Source: Centroscyllium fabricii
Lineage: Eukaryota
Direction of reading: 5' to 3'
NCBI GenBank assembly: GCA_051313645.2
Contig: JBNRSN020000002.1
Coordinates: 344,286,001-344,350,000 of the forward strand
Length of the DNA stretch: 64,000 nt
Of the stretch, positions 26,050-40,162 are shown one piece after another. The position numbers and the translations under genes are program-made. The notes under the pieces are model-generated. The model searched no databases and was not told the DNA's origin. It saw nothing but the letters and a program-made list of their open reading frames with translations. Positions within the stretch are counted from its first letter, which is position 1. Every line of letters starts with the position of its first letter.

Positions 26050-27300
26050 CAAGTTGGATTCATGTAGAACGGGAGGCCAGGAAGAAAGACGTTGCAGAAA
26101 ATGAGTCTTTAGGTAACAACAATGTGGATAAGGGTTACTGCTGATTTGGGGGTCAGAGATGGGCATTTGTAAGTGTGTTTAGTGATGGATAGGATGATAG
26201 GTTTGAAGCTCAGTTTTGAATGTAATAGAATGCCAAGGTTTGGTTCAATCTGACCATTTATCAGTAGCAAGGGAGCTGAGTCAAGAGAAGTGTTGAAGAG
26301 GGACATCTGGATGTCTCAGCATGGATAGGGGACCTTACCCCATGGCTGCTGATAATGTCATTGAGGGCAGCATGTAGATGCAGAAGAGGAGGTGGCCAAG
26401 GATGGAAACTTGGCAGACTTAGTACATGATTGCGCAGGATGGAAGCCATTGCTGGCGACGTGATGGTCTTGTTTCTACAGGGAGGAGAGGAACCATTGCA
26501 AGGGCAGTCTCATGGAGCTGGGTAATGGAGGAGAGGTTATAGAGAAAGATGATGTTGTCAACCATAGCAAATGCAATGAAGTGGTGGAGAACAAGAAAGT
26601 CTAAAACAGCAGTTGCAGAGGATGTCATTTGTGACTTTGGCCAGGTTGGTCTCAGTGCTGTGACTAGAGCGGAAAATTAATTGAAGTGGGCACATGTTCA
26701 AGGACTTTAGAGATGAAAGGGAGGTTAGAGATAGGGCAGTACTTGGAGTGGATGGATTGGTTGAGGGGGGGGGGGGATTTATGGAGGGGAGGGCAATGGC
26801 TCCTTTGAAAGGGTGAGGGATAGTGCCTGAATAAAGGGAGCTGTTAACAATATCAGTAAGCATGTGAGCCAGGAGGAGAAGTGCAGTTGTCAGGAGTTGA
26901 GTGGGTTTGGGGGATTGAGGGACCAGGAGTTGGGTCTCATGGCAGTTGAGTTTGAAGAGGATGGTGAGGGGAAGGTGGGAGAGAAACTACAGAGTGATAG
27001 AGGATTGGATGTAGGGTTGGGGGGACTGGGGCCAAGTTAGGAGCAGGGGAACGGCAGGTGAAGTAGTACCAGAGGCAGTTGCGTGGATAGTCTCAATCTT
27101 AGAGTTCAAAAAATCCATGAGATCTTCAGATTTGGTAGTGGAGGTGATGGTCAAGTGGGCATGGGAAAAGGATTTGAGGAGACACTTCAACATGGAGAAA
27201 ACTAACACTGAGTTATCATGCTCTCCAAGATGATTAGCAGGAGAATTTGTCTGAGAAGCATGAGGCTGATGTTGTGTTGAACATGGTTACCCCAGATCTA
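26050..27300 (-). mobile_element. Old L2-type LINE fragment, probably continuing at about 31560-31880 beyond the Harbinger
   Basis: Decayed RT motifs (LTDIVNSSL..G..P, HSTETNLAKVTNDIL) in short minus-strand ORFs. Confidence 0.65.
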
Positions 27301-27840
27301 GATCCTATGGCGTCAATTTTCATTGAGCCGTCAGGTGGGTTTTCTGGCGGGGCGGGGTGCAAAATCGCAAAACCGGGGGGTCCCGACCGCGTACGCCCGC
27401 CGGATCCACGCCGCTTTCCGAGTTCCCGCTGCCAAGTCAGTCCGCCCCGAATCTTTCCCACCCGCCACCGGCGGGAATGGTCGTTAGGTTCCTTAAGCTC
27501 CCTTAATTGACATGGAAAATGTCATTTTAAGGGGCCTTAGCGATTTTCAGGAGTTTCCCACAACAAATCTGCCAGCTGGAAACCCCGCTGCTGAAACCTG
27601 GCGGGGACACAATCGGCTTGCTGACTATCAGCAGCAGGTCCATCATTAAGCAACAGATTTGATCAGCCATCATTGGAAGCCGGCAGGACTTTGTTGTCTC
27701 AGGCCTGGGGCAACTTGTTCCAGGCTTCATCACTCCTGCGGAAGGTTGGAGCCTTACACAATTCTCCAGTGTGACCTCCTGAGAAAGCGCTCTCTCCACC
27801 CTCACTCAGTGCTTCCTCAACGGAGGCAGCCACCAGAAGC

Positions 27841-29085
27841 ATGGGATGCCTTTTTTTCCATCCATTCTTGGCATTAGATGATCTCCAATGGCAGAGGCAG
27901 CAGCAGAAGAACCAGGAACAACAGCAGCACCAGCAACAGCAGCAGCAGCAGGAGCCACAGGCTCCTACTCACCATCCGGAGGCAGCACAGGCCAGAACGG
28001 GCCAGCGCATGGAAGCCCGTCGGCGCAGGAGATACCCCCCAAACAGACACAGGGTCAGCTACCTCAACATGACTGAGCGGCAGGGTCAAAGGTGGCTCCG
28101 ACTTTCGTGACAGGTAGTGACTGACCTCTGCGCAATGCTACAGCAAGTCCTGGAGCCCAGAGCAACAGGTGGACACTCCTTACCAGTGGCCATTAAAGTC
28201 ACCACCGCACTCAACTTATTTGCCTCAGGCTCATTCCAGGGATCATCAGCAGACATTAGCGGCATTTCCCAGTTGGCTGCACACACTTGCATCATGCAGG
28301 TAACTGATGTCCTCTTTGCCCTCGCGCACAATCACATCCATTTCACCAGGGATCGCACAAGTGTGAGGGTGCGAGCGATTGGATTAGCTCATCTGGCAGG
28401 CTTTCCAATGGTGCAGGGCATCATTGGCTGCACACATGTGGCCCTTAGGGCACCCCATCGCAATCCAGGTGTTTTCGTCAACCGCAAGGGCTTCCACTCC
28501 CTCAATGTTGAGCTGGTGTGTGACCACAAGAAGGAGATTTTGCATGTTTGTGTCAAGTACCTTGGCAGTTGCCATGACTCCTTCATCCTGCGCCAGTCCT
28601 CTGTGACTCCGTTATTCAGTCCATCAGATGAACTTGATGGATGGTTACTTGGAGATAAGGGCTATCCCCTGAGGACTTCGCTAATGACACCATTGAGGAG
28701 GCCAGCCAACGAGATTGAGGAGCGCTGCAACTCCAGCCACATTTCCACCAGATGCATTATCGAGCACACCATCGGCTTGCTGAAGATGCGATTCAGATGC
28801 CTGGATAGATCAGGTGGAGCCCTCCAGTAGTCAGCAGCCAGGGTCTCCAAAATGGTTGTGGTTTGCTGTGCACTTCGCAACATGGCACAGCATCATGGCT
28901 TGCAGATTACTGAGGACCAAGTGGCTCCTCGCATACCCTCCTCAGATGATGATGATGCAGAGGAGGAGGAGGAGGAGTCTGAAAACAAAGATCCTGCAGA
29001 AGCCCATCAACCAGCGGCAGCATTACGCGAGAACATTGCTGCCCGGGATGCAAGGAATGCAATCATCCTGGGCAGATTTGCTTAG
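27841..29085 (+). pseudogene. Harbinger (HARBI1-like) DDE transposase
   Basis: One frame with two internal stops (28108, 28828); motifs NRKGFHSLN, HDS, LLGDKGY, IEHTIGLLKMRFRCL; first catalytic Asp replaced (GIIGCTHV); poly-Q N-terminus. Confidence 0.88.
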
Positions 29086-29351
29086 CCTACTCAATCAAAC
29101 ACTTTTGACTCGCAGCTTCTTAACTGAGCAGCTTCTTAACTGAGCATCAGCAATGGCCAAGACCCTGCGGATTCCTAGCTATTTCTCTAGCATTCTGACA
29201 ATTGCAATAAGCCCTCAATGTGAAAGCCCCATTCACGAAATGACACATGCCACAACTGCAACAGTTGCCATCAGAATTTTTATGCGCAGCAGACAACTGA
29301 CGGCATAGTTAAAATATACAGCACATTGCACCCAAGTGACTACCCTTGTGA

Positions 29352-31308
29352 TTATTTGTGCTTTAGTTTTCTCTTACGCGTGCTCCTACGTAGTGGTTCC
29401 CCTGTGGCTTCAGCAGATGTGGAGGCCCCTTGCTCACTTTCCTGCTGCTCCTGTCTCGACACATTTGGCGGGCGTCCTCTGGGGTGGCGAGCCTGTGAGG
29501 CCTCGCCAGTAGTCTGCTGCTGCTGTGCGGGGGTTGAGACACCTATCTCACTTGGGCGGGGCACTGACCAAGGGCTCTGCAGTGGCATGGAAGTGTGAGC
29601 GCTTGGAGAGGAGCCCCCACTTCCTTGATGTTTGCCACCAACTTCCCTCTCATGGGTCAGGTCCCTCTCAGTGCCTGCAAGTGGCTTGAAAGCACCTTGC
29701 AGCACATCAGGGGGACCATGGGGGCCCGTATCTGCACTGGCAGTCCTATTCAGAAGGCCTTCCATGAAGGTCTGGTTTCTCCGTTCAATCGATGACCATC
29801 GCTCCTCAAGAGATGTCATTCTATTCTGAACACTCACCATGTTTTCTGCACTCTGGTGACTTATCTCCTCCATGGCTGCAGCCATCCTTTCGACGGAGGT
29901 TGCCATCATTTGCACAGAGGTTGCCATCCTTTCCGTGCTGATGCGTTCATGCACCAATGACTCCACAAAGGCCCTGCTCATGTTCGCTATGGACTTCTCC
30001 ATTCGCTCCGCACTCGCAGTGACCCTGGAGACCAAACCTGCCAGAGACTCCTGCATCTGTGCATGGAGTTCCATCACCTCTGATCTTTCGGATGGACCCA
30101 GAAGCAGAGGGTCGACATGCAGCTGAGCTGAGCTGGGAGAATGCTGCGCCCTCTTACTAGAACTCTCCGCTGCTGTCCCTGTCTCCACAATCTGCTGAGG
30201 CTCACTTGTGAGCTGTGATACACCAGGTGACAACACTACTCTATGGTCCGAAGGTCCCACCGAGGTGCGAGTGTTTGCGCTGGTGCTGAGTGCGCTAAAT
30301 TCTGCTGACGCTGCGCCCTCAGAGACTGTAGCTTCCTCTGAGGTGTCTGGCTGCTCAGCCTCTTCCTCCTCCACAGTGCGGATGGGGGCTCTCGATGGTC
30401 CTGTGGGGGAGTAAAGTAAAGAGTTAGAGATGTTATGGCAAGGTTAAATGCACATTGCATATTGCAGATGATCATAAGTCCATATGATGTACTTCAGAAT
30501 CATTATCTGCCAGTCATGCAATGTCAAGAGAGAGATGGAAAACGATTCTGTCACCAGCTTGCGAGGATGCCCCTGTCTCTCCTTCCCCAACTTCCACCAC
30601 CGCATCATCCCGGACTATCTCCATTACTCCTTCCTGCCGGGTGGTGAGGTACGCACTTGAGGGTGGGCCTGCTCCTGTACTTGCTCTTTCCCGTTTATTG
30701 TGAGCTCTCCTTTCCTGCAATGAGGGAGACAAGTGGAGATTGAGTGAGAATGAAGGCGTGAGTGCAGAGAGTGCATAGCATAGATACTTGGAGGGAGACA
30801 AAGATAGAGTGAGGTTGCAAGACCAAGGGCCCTCCCTGTGTGTTGTCAGTTGTGGTCCAAGCATCAGAGTGAGAGAGAGTGTGAGGGCTGCATAGTGGAA
30901 TAGTGAGCATAGAGAGAGAGGGAATGGGTATGGGTGTATGGGTGAGTGTGAAGTGGGATGTGCAGGAAGAGATTGGTGAAGCTAAGTGCTGGTGAGGAAA
31001 GGCAATGGGGATCAGATTGAGGGTGATGGAAACTTAATACTTACTTTTCCAGTTCAATGAAGGTCATGGAATCTCTTCCTGCACTGTATCCAAGACCGCG
31101 TTGTGAAGGCCACGGAGTTTACCCCCTCAGCCACCTGCAGCCAGGCAGCCTTGGTCTGATAGGGAGGTCTCTTCCTCCCTGAGGAAGGGAAGAGAACCTT
31201 CCTGTGGGCCCTAGCTCCATCTAGCAATGCCTGTAGTGATGCGTTGTCAAACGTTGGCAAGGGTCAGGCCCTCCCACTGGACGCAGCTGCTGTAGGCTCC
31301 TGTTCCAT
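29352..31308 (-). pseudogene. Harbinger Myb/SANT-like accessory gene, 3 exons (31308-31045, 30714-30555, 30400-29352)
   Basis: AWLQVAEGVN...RSWIQCRKRFHDL SANT motif, GT/AG boundaries, coiled-coil region and basic C-terminus; two TGA stops in exon 1. Confidence 0.75.
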
Positions 31309-32020
31309 CTTCAGTGAGCTGATGAGAAGCCTGCAGAGTAATGAAGGCTTGCTGTCTGCCTTAAAAGCACCAGCAACGATGACATCATATTGTGCGACCT
31401 TCTGACTGGAAATAGTCAATTGCCAAGGGTTCCCACATGCTGGCAATTGAGCCAAAATTGCGTGGGGCTCCCAGGTTCTTTAAGATTCGTGTCAGAAACC
31501 TGACCTGCCGGAAACCCGCCAATTCCGCACACCTATGGGAAAATTAACCCCATTGTATTTCAAATGTGCTCAGGGTTGTAGCCTTCAGACTTAAGTGAGT
31601 GAAGATGGGGTCTAAACTGGGGCAACAACAGGGATAGAGATGGTAAGTGATTTGGTGTAAATGAGGGTGTGCAAGACAGGTGAGGGAGCAGTTGAACAGG
31701 TTTAATAGTGGCAAAGATGTCGAGTGGTGGAGGGACAGTAAAATGAGAGTTGGAAGTTTAAGAATAGATTTGTGAGGGAGCTGGAGGAGAGTTTTTTTGG
31801 GGGTGAATGGTGAGATCAGTAGGTTAGGGGGAAGTTAGGGGGTTGTGAGCGTTATGGAAGAGGAGGAAGTGGTCAGAGTTTCAATATCTTACACATGCAC
31901 TTAATGGCAGTTTATGTGAACAATTGTTTATACATTGCAAGTAAATAGCTACATGGTTTTCAACTTGTTGCCTGGGTGTAAAACTGGCATTGTGGATCAG
32001 CTGTCTGTTATAGAAACCAT

Positions 32021-32822
32021 GGGGGTGATTTTCCTCGGGCCGTGAAGGCGGGTTTCTGGTGGGGCGGGGCTTAAAATCCCAAAACCGGGGGCTCCCGCCG
32101 GATCCCCGCTGCTTTGCGGTTTTCGGCCAGCGTGTCTAGCTGGCCCGCATCTTTCCCACCCGCCGCCGGTGGGGTTGATCGTTGAGCTCATTAGGGGCCC
32201 TTAATTGCTATGGGTAATCCCATTTTAAGGGCCCCTCGCGATTTTGGATCCCTTCCCATCCATACCCCGCCATCCTGAAACTCCGCCGGTGAAAGCTAGC
32301 GGTATCTCAGTCAGCTTGGTCACTTTCACCTTCAAGGCATTGAAGGACCTACAGCAGAATGCCTTCCAGGCCTTCAACACCCTGGAGCTGTAAGTGACTC
32401 CCTTCTCTGAGGAGCAGCTGCGAAGAAAACACTCAAAACACTTACCTTGACAGATGCTGAAATGCTTCATAGAGAGACTGCCTCTAACTGTGAAATGTTT
32501 CCAGCGAGTCCTTAGACCTGTCACACAACCCACGTGGGCTTTGAGATTGGTTGCACTTCATTGTGATATCACAATGGACTGTTTCCATAGAAACTAACAA
32601 CACACAGTCCTTAGAACTGCCAATCAAACCTCCAGCTCTCATCTGCAGCCCGCTGCGTTCTGACTGGAAATTGTGTATTGGCAGGGGCTCCCCTGACGCA
32701 GGCAATTAATTGGCCAATTAAGCCAAAATTGCATGGGGTTCCCAGGCCCTCAAACATTCGTGTCAGAAAGCTGGCCTGTCCAATTACCGCCAGCTTCCCA
32801 CACCTTTGCAAAAATCCCCCCC
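32021..32822. mobile_element. Harbinger-like MITE
   Basis: GGGGGTGATTTT ... AAAATCCCCCCC ends, possible CAT TSD; subterminal similarity to the adjacent Harbinger; partial inverted copy at 46792-47352. Confidence 0.7.
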
Positions 32823-32859
32823 CATAACATTTTGATTTCCGTTGATTTCAATGAAATCA

Positions 32860-34201
32860 AAAACAAGAAGGCAGAGTATTATCTGAATGGCAATAGATTG
32901 GGAGAAGGGGAAGTGCAACGAGACCTGGGCGTCTTTGTGCACCAGTCGCTGAAGGTAAACCTGCAGGTGCAGCAGGCGGTTAAGAAGGCAAATGGTATGT
33001 TGGCCTTCGTAGCAAAAGGGTTTGAGTACAGGAATAAGGATGTCTTGCTGCAGTTGTACAGGGCCTTGGTGAGACCGCATCTTGAGCATTGTGTACAGTT
33101 TTGGTCGCCTAATCTAAGGAAGGATGTTCTTGCCATGGAAGGGCAGCAGCGAAGATTCACCAGGCTGATACCTGGGATGGCAGGAATGACATACGAGGAG
33201 AGATTGGGTCGATTGGGCTTGTACTCGCTGGAGTTTAGAAGAATGAGAGGGGATCTCATTGAAACTTATAAAATTCTAATACAGGTTGAGCACCGGTAAT
33301 CCGGCACGGGCGGGATCAGGCCCGTGCCGGGAAAGTGAAAAAACCAGTAGAATGAAGTCGGTCAGTGTGCATGTGCGCACCATTCAAAATGGCCGCGCGC
33401 ATGCGCACAACATTGGAAATGGCCGCCGAACGTCCTTGCTGAGTCTCAGCTGCGGTTTGTGCCTCCTGATGATGGTCTGCAGGCTGCTCCGGGGAACCGC
33501 GTGTTTCACCATGGCGGGCGCTCGGGACTCGCACATTCAAAACGTGGCGTGAGCCGCTGCGCCCAGACGCCACGGAAGGCCCGGCTCGTCCGGTGGCCGT
33601 TTTGAATGATCTGCGCATGCGCTCGCCGTCCGGCGGTGCATGCGCAGATCGTGCAAAACATCCGGCAGTCGTTTTGAATGATCTGCGCATGCGCTCGCCG
33701 TTCGGCGGCGCATGCGCAGATCATTCGCCAAAGCCTCGATCGCGGCTACCATTTTGCGCATGCGCTGGGCAGTCGGGGCGATATTTACCAGACCACTGAA
33801 GTTGCCGGCATTTCGGGTAACGGATTACCGGTGCTCAACCTGTAGGACTTTACAGACTAGATGCAGGAAGGATGTTGCTGATGGCGGGGGAGTCCAGAAC
33901 CAGGGGTCACAGTCTAAGGATAAGGGGTAAGCCATTTAGGACCAAGATGAGGAGGAATTTCTTCACCCAGAGAGTGGTGAACCTGTGGAATTCTCTACCA
34001 CAGAAGGCAGTCGAGGCCAATTCATTAAATATATTCAAGAAAGAGTTGGATATATTTCTTAAGGCTAAAGGGATCAAGGGATATGGTGAGAAAGCAGGGA
34101 CAGGGTACTGAAATTGAATGATCAGCCATGATCGCATTGAATGGCAGAGCAGGTTCGAAGGGCCGAATGGCTTACTCCTGCTCTTATCTTCTATGTTTCT
34201 A
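32860..34201 (+). mobile_element. CR1 LINE 3' fragment, same family as 18100-20640, interrupted by a MITE
   Basis: RDLGVFVHQSLK...HCVQFWSP...VVNLWNSLP, TTCTATGTTTCTA tail. Confidence 0.9.
33282..33842. mobile_element. Tc1/mariner (Tigger/pogo-like) MITE
   Basis: TIR CAGGTTGAGCACCGGTAATCCG at both ends, TA TSD. Confidence 0.9.
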
Positions 34202-34678
34202 CAGGTTGAGCACCGTTAATCCGTTACCCGAAAAATCGGCAACTTCGAATGTCTGGCAATAATTTCCCCGACTGCCCCGTGCTTGTGCAAAATGGCCACT
34301 GCAATTCATGCATCGGCGAATGATCTGCGCATGTGCCACCAAACGGTGAGCGCATGCGCAGATCATTCACAATGGTCTCTCCGAGTCGATAACAGGCTGG
34401 TCCGGGACTCCCCAAACGCGGGTTGGGCCGGGACTCACCGATCGCGGGCTGCGCTGGAACTCCCCGATCGCGGGCTGGGCCGGGACTCCCTGATCACGGG
34501 CCGGGACTCCCCGAATGATAAGCACATGTGCAGATCACTCAAAATGGCCGCCGGGCTTTTGCGGTGGCCATTTTGAATGGTCTGCGCATGCGCTCGCCGA
34601 AGCTTCAATCGTTCGGCATTTTCACTTTCCCGGCACGGGCCTGGTCCCGCCCATGCCGGATTAATGGTGCTCAACCTG
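34202..34678. mobile_element. Related Tigger/pogo-like MITE in opposite orientation
   Basis: TIR CAGGTTGAGCACC, TA TSD; interior is a diverged reverse complement of 33282-33842. Confidence 0.88.
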
Positions 34679-34935
34679 TATTAAGATTGTGCAGTTTCTA
34701 TAATGAGTGGGCGATCCATAGTGCCAGTTTTACACCCGGGTGGCAAGTTGAAAATCTCCCCATGGACTTTATATCCCGAACTAAACAATCTCCCTTGGCA
34801 TCAGACACAGGTAGTCAAGATCAAGAATAGTCTTCAGGTGAAGCAGGGGAGGATGGGGTTAATACTGGACCAGGGCTTACATATATAATTCAGTCCCCAT
34901 TTTGAAGTCATACATTCTGTCCTTATTTTAATATT

Positions 34936-35680
34936 GGCCCAGAAATTCGAGTCGGAGGCTTCCCGCGTGTGCAAGCCTCCAACCTGCACTTATCTAGCGC
35001 GCTGGCCGTTGAGTTGTGGGCCCGCGTGGAATTCCAATGCGGGGCCTCCTCCAACTGCTGGCACGCTGTGCTCGCGTATCCCAGCGGCGCAGTTAGTGCA
35101 ATGGATGCGTAGGATCACGTGGTCCAGGGAGAGCCAATCGGAGCACAGAATGCTCCTTTCATAAGTCAAATGTATGAAAACTACAAGCCCCAAAACATCA
35201 CTAAATCTTCAAATAATTTTTTTTTAAATCACATTTTTAAAAATAACTATCAATTACATTAAATAACTATTTTAAACAATAATTTACATTTTTGAAAAAA
35301 TTAATTATTTTTTCTGACGGGGCTTAAAATAAACTTACCTTTCTTTAAAGTGTTTAAAAATAATAAACCTGTGGAAAAAATGTTTTAATTTGAATTAATT
35401 CACCACTTACCTTGTTAAAACCAGTCTTTGCACATTAAAATATCAGCCGTAACTTTTTCATACTTACCCGGACACAGAATCTTATATAAAAATCGGAAGT
35501 GCATTGCGCACACGCTGCCGCTCCCGCGCACGCATTCCGACCTCTGAACCCTTCTGTCAGGGGACCGGAAGTGCCGGGTTCGCGCGCATGTGCTGTGCAT
35601 GCACGAAACCGGCACTTTGGATGGGCCTACACGAGAGTACCCAGCGCGTACTCACGTGTTGGGACCTGAATTTATGGGCC
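34936..35680. mobile_element. Harbinger-like MITE
   Basis: TIRs GGCCCAGAAATTC / GAATTTATGGGCC, 3-bp TSD ATT. Confidence 0.8.
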
Positions 35681-38600
35681 ATTATTTATGGTTAAATAGC
35701 AACATTTATGTAATTTGGGAAATAGAGCTGGTTGGAGCACAGAAGTTTCTCTGCAGTACAGGATGAGGAGCTGGATGATGCAATATAGATGTGACAGTGT
35801 CACCATTAGTGGGAAGGTGTAATTACAGTTTACATTGGCAGTTTCCATTCGAAATGTGGAATGGATTTTATGATGAGAAAAGTTGGCAAAAATGTTACAA
35901 CAGGAAGTAAGCTTTTTTAGAGGGGAAATGGATGCAGATAGAACTTTTTGATATATTATAGATATGTATCAGTCTCAGGAAATACATCTTGGGTGTGTAC
36001 GAGACAATGAGACTTGGGCCTCGATATTAAACCCACACCCACCCCACCATGTCGGGTGGGAGAGGATTGCTCAATCGTCGTAGAACCCGACCGACTTTCA
36101 TCCATTGATTTCAATAGCTTGAAAGTTGGGTGGGTTCGACAAGCAGATGATCCGCTCCACCATATTACCGCCCAGGCAGTGAAGGTGAAAATGACCCCTG
36201 TGGCCTCTCAGATTCAAAAAGGAACGGTCCATCAAATGGAAACCAAACCAATCATGAAGTCTGCATATATTTGAAAATGACATGTTCGACATTCTCTCAC
36301 ACCTGTTACCAGGGAGACTATAAGAACAAACCTCTAAACATTGTATGGTGATAAACCTGTTACAAGGTTCTGGCTTAGATGGTTATTGAATTCCTTGAGC
36401 ACAATGATTGAGTTTTAAAGAGACAACCACTAAATTAAAACTGAGATGAAAATACACCTTTGTTGGTCACAGGGAATTTTTCATAATAGTTTATGTAATA
36501 CTGCATCAGAAATAACTTGTAGTCCCTTAATATTAGAGTAAGCTATCCATAAATTAAACTATGACAAAGAGTGTGTTTTGGAAATAAGCTATTTGTAATT
36601 CTCTGTAAACTAAGAAAACATTTATAGCCAGATGCGTTGTACTGGAAACTGGGAGCATGAAAACAAAATAATTATTGCAATGAAATCCTTTTATAGTGAG
36701 CAACACTTCCCTTATATCAAGATTCCACTTTATCAAGCGCTGACTGAATGAACCCATAGCCTACCAGTGTGGGAAGCAATGGCCTCTTAAAACTAAAAAA
36801 AGAACAGCTCCCTCCCTAGTTCAGTGGGAGAGGGCTGTGATTAAACTTTGAGACCAATATTAAAATAGTCATATATCCACACGCCCAATGGCTGCCTGAC
36901 ATTCCAATTTGGAACTAAAGGGAAAACAGATGTTCTAACTAGGCTCCCAAACTAGCATGCAAAAGACAAGATGTAAAACACCACAACTTTATCAATATTT
37001 TCCCACTCTGATTCCCTAAATCCAACATTGGTCTTCTGAAATGTAACCAACTGAACATGAATGGATTCCCTGTTTTCAGAATGCTAGCTCTACTCGTGCT
37101 TGGGAATAACTAGTTTGTCCTCATCTCATGCACTGAGCTCATAGTTCAGTTGTAGTACCCAGCAATTCTCACACAGCAGTCTAATCCTTTGCTCAGTACA
37201 CTCAGTACAAACACTGCACTACTTCCTGATGCATGATTGTCATTTTTATATTTGGCAAGGAGAAATATGTCCAGATCATCCCCAAAACTCTATGGAGCTG
37301 AATAAACTATTCCAGCGGGTCCAGCATAGTGGGAGTGAATTTCCCAAACCATGCTGTTTATTTAAGAATTACTATAGAGCAGGCAAAAATAAAACTGTTA
37401 TATCTAAGCTGATTTACAGATTTTTTAACTCACTTATGTCTGGTGTAAAATGCTGTGCCCTGATGTCAAAATGCAAATGTTTCTTTTATAAATTGTGTTG
37501 CAAACACATATTGGGGATAAGTTTAACTTTTATTGCTGGGCAGAAATTGAGCGATAGTGAATTGCCACATGCTTTACAACCTATCCAATTTTCTATTCCA
37601 GTATTTACAGTATAAATCCTATCATCTATCTCGTTAAAGCAGAAACTATTAAAAGATCACAAATCTAAATGCTAATTTGTATCTCTAAAACCAACTGTTA
37701 TAGACACAGCTCTCCTTCTCGATGTAGAATTATATCAATCTGGATGGAAAATGGGGACAAAAATAAGCAATTTCGCAAGACTATGCCTTGCACCCCAGAA
37801 ATGTCTGAAAAATATTTGATGCCTAAAAGAGGCGTTAGGCCCCTTGCATATCCTAATGACTGGGTCTAACGTCTTTTTAGGACCCCACTAAGAAATTGAG
37901 CTGCCCTGAGTGGAGCAAGGGCTGGGCCTTAGGTTTGCCAGGCATGGATGCGGCCTAGGAACCAGCCACCACCGAAAAGGTGTAAGCTTTGATTTTTTAA
38001 AAATTCATGTGGAGCCAGGAGGAGCAGGATTGCACCTTTGGGCACTACAGCACTCCTGCCAGCTACAGTTGATCCCCCACTATCTCTCTCTGCCTCCCTC
38101 CACATGGAAACACTTACTTGAGGGCCACTGTTGGTGAGACAGGCAGCCCAAAATTCGAATGCCCAGTCGGGCGAGCTGCCAGTGGAGTTTGACAGGTGCT
38201 GGCAGTACACCTAGATTATTTAGAAAAGGCCTGTGGCCCAATTTCAGGTCGGCTTTGGGGCTCCTGTCTTTGCACCCGAAAGTGGGCACCGGCAAATTTC
38301 TTCCTCCTTGTTCCCTTATGAGCTGTGGGAACTGGCTAAAATCCACCTACCTCTTTATGAAGATTTCAGTTTGTTTGATTTAACTTCAATCAGTTCATTT
38401 ACTCTTTTTACTGCCAACCTCTGTCCTATTCAGGACTGATCAAATCACAAAACCCACTTATATTTGAAAATTGTGTGTTAGACCGTCTCAAGCTTGTTAC
38501 CCAGTAGTGAATAAAAAAAATTGAAATTATATATATAACAAAATTGATTGAAGCTGTAGGCGGCTTTTTAATATCTTGTGTATTGTGCCTAGTTTAAAGG

Positions 38601-40162
38601 ACAGCTACCAAACCAAAACAAGACAGAGCCACGTCATGTTTGTTACACATTGAAGGTAGAATTGTTGCTGGTCACATGGGTTTGGTTTATGTTAATATGC
38701 TGAAGGTTCAGTGAGTAGAATTACTTTTCTCATCCACAACTTCTCTTACTTTGTGTATTGGTGTGGGTGAATTTTGCTTTGTAGTTGCCCATACATGAAA
38801 AGTGATAAGACAAGGATAAGACCCCATGGAAAACATTTACACCCACTTTTACACAGATACAGTATCAGGCAATTAAACCATTGTTGCATATTTAAAATGC
38901 TCAGTGACATTCTTATAGCTCATACAACATAGCCATATCTGTTAGCTGACCTACACTTAAAGATAAGAGGTGCAAAGCTAAGCTGAAAGTGTAACTGCCA
39001 GTGTCTGGTGCAGTGTCTGTTCAGGGACTGTATGCTGCACTGACCCCAGAAGGAGTCAGAATAATCTGTGTCTGCAGATACTTACTCATTATTAGGAAGA
39101 GGACAAGATCTTTCTATGTGATGCATCTCACGTACTAAGAATAACCTCCGTAACTCCTTATTTGTAGTTTTATGGAAAGGTAACACAGCAATGAATATTT
39201 CTGTATAATTGGCACTTATTGTCACATAAGAATTTTCACCATTAAACCTGTTGAATTCCTGCTTGTCCTGTCCTGTCACATAAGGATTTCCACAACCTTC
39301 GGAAGACTGTCATGATAATGATTTGTGGGCAATGGTCGAATCCATAGCAGTGGTGATCTTTACAATCCCACGCAATCGCAAGAATTACAATGAGCTGACT
39401 GTGACTGGTATATATATTACCTAGAGTTAGCAAAAGGTTACAATGCAATTCTAGGGTTAGAGAATGTTTGCAAACCTGAGTTTAGTTTTCCTAAGCTAAG
39501 ATGTCATTTGAGCCCTTTGGTTGCCATCGGGACTTGTATAAAACTCCATGCCAAGTGTTATTCTAGGTATAATAGCCATTGCATAGGAAACTGTTTTGGT
39601 TTTTATAATGAAACTACTAATTTCCCTGTTGTACTAATTTACTTTAATTCTTTGGTGTCACAGTTTAGTTACAAATGTCATCATCAATTGCCGTTCACAA
39701 TTTCCCCATTATGGTATTGGAGTGAAACCACCAATATCGTGTGCTTCAGGGATAACTTTGCCCATTTAAAAAACTGAAATTTAATTATACAAACTAATCA
39801 AAATCTAATATAAAATGTCAATAAAAAGAGGCATTATGATTTAAATTTACAAATGATGGCTCCATTGAATTAAGTAATGAAATAGCTTTTCCAGAGTAAT
39901 TGTATGTATTGATGTTCCAGTGGCAGCAGCTGTTTAAAGGTCTCAGCTCCAAAGATATTTATAGTTTAGAAAGCTATTGTTTCAATTTTAATTTTAATAG
40001 TACCCCAAAGGTTATCTAAACAGTCCTCTCTCTGAGGATTTTCAACATAACAAGACAATGTTTTAATGGTAGATTTGAGTAGTGATGGGCCATCAATAAC
40101 ACGAACGAGAGGTTTAAGGACTTAAAGGTAGGCTTCTAATAGCTAAGAACTGTGGTACATGA

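Larger units (their letters stand above)
27309..31551. mobile_element. Near full-length PIF/Harbinger transposon (inactive)
   Basis: Imperfect TIRs GGCGTCAATTTTC / GAAAATTAACCCC; convergent transposase and Myb/SANT genes. Confidence 0.88.

Noticed and set aside
35700-40160. Short ORFs in the AT-rich upstream region
   Set aside because: No recognisable protein motifs or splice structure; only probable small MITE remnants (about 36017-36165 and 37750-38300) that I could not delimit.
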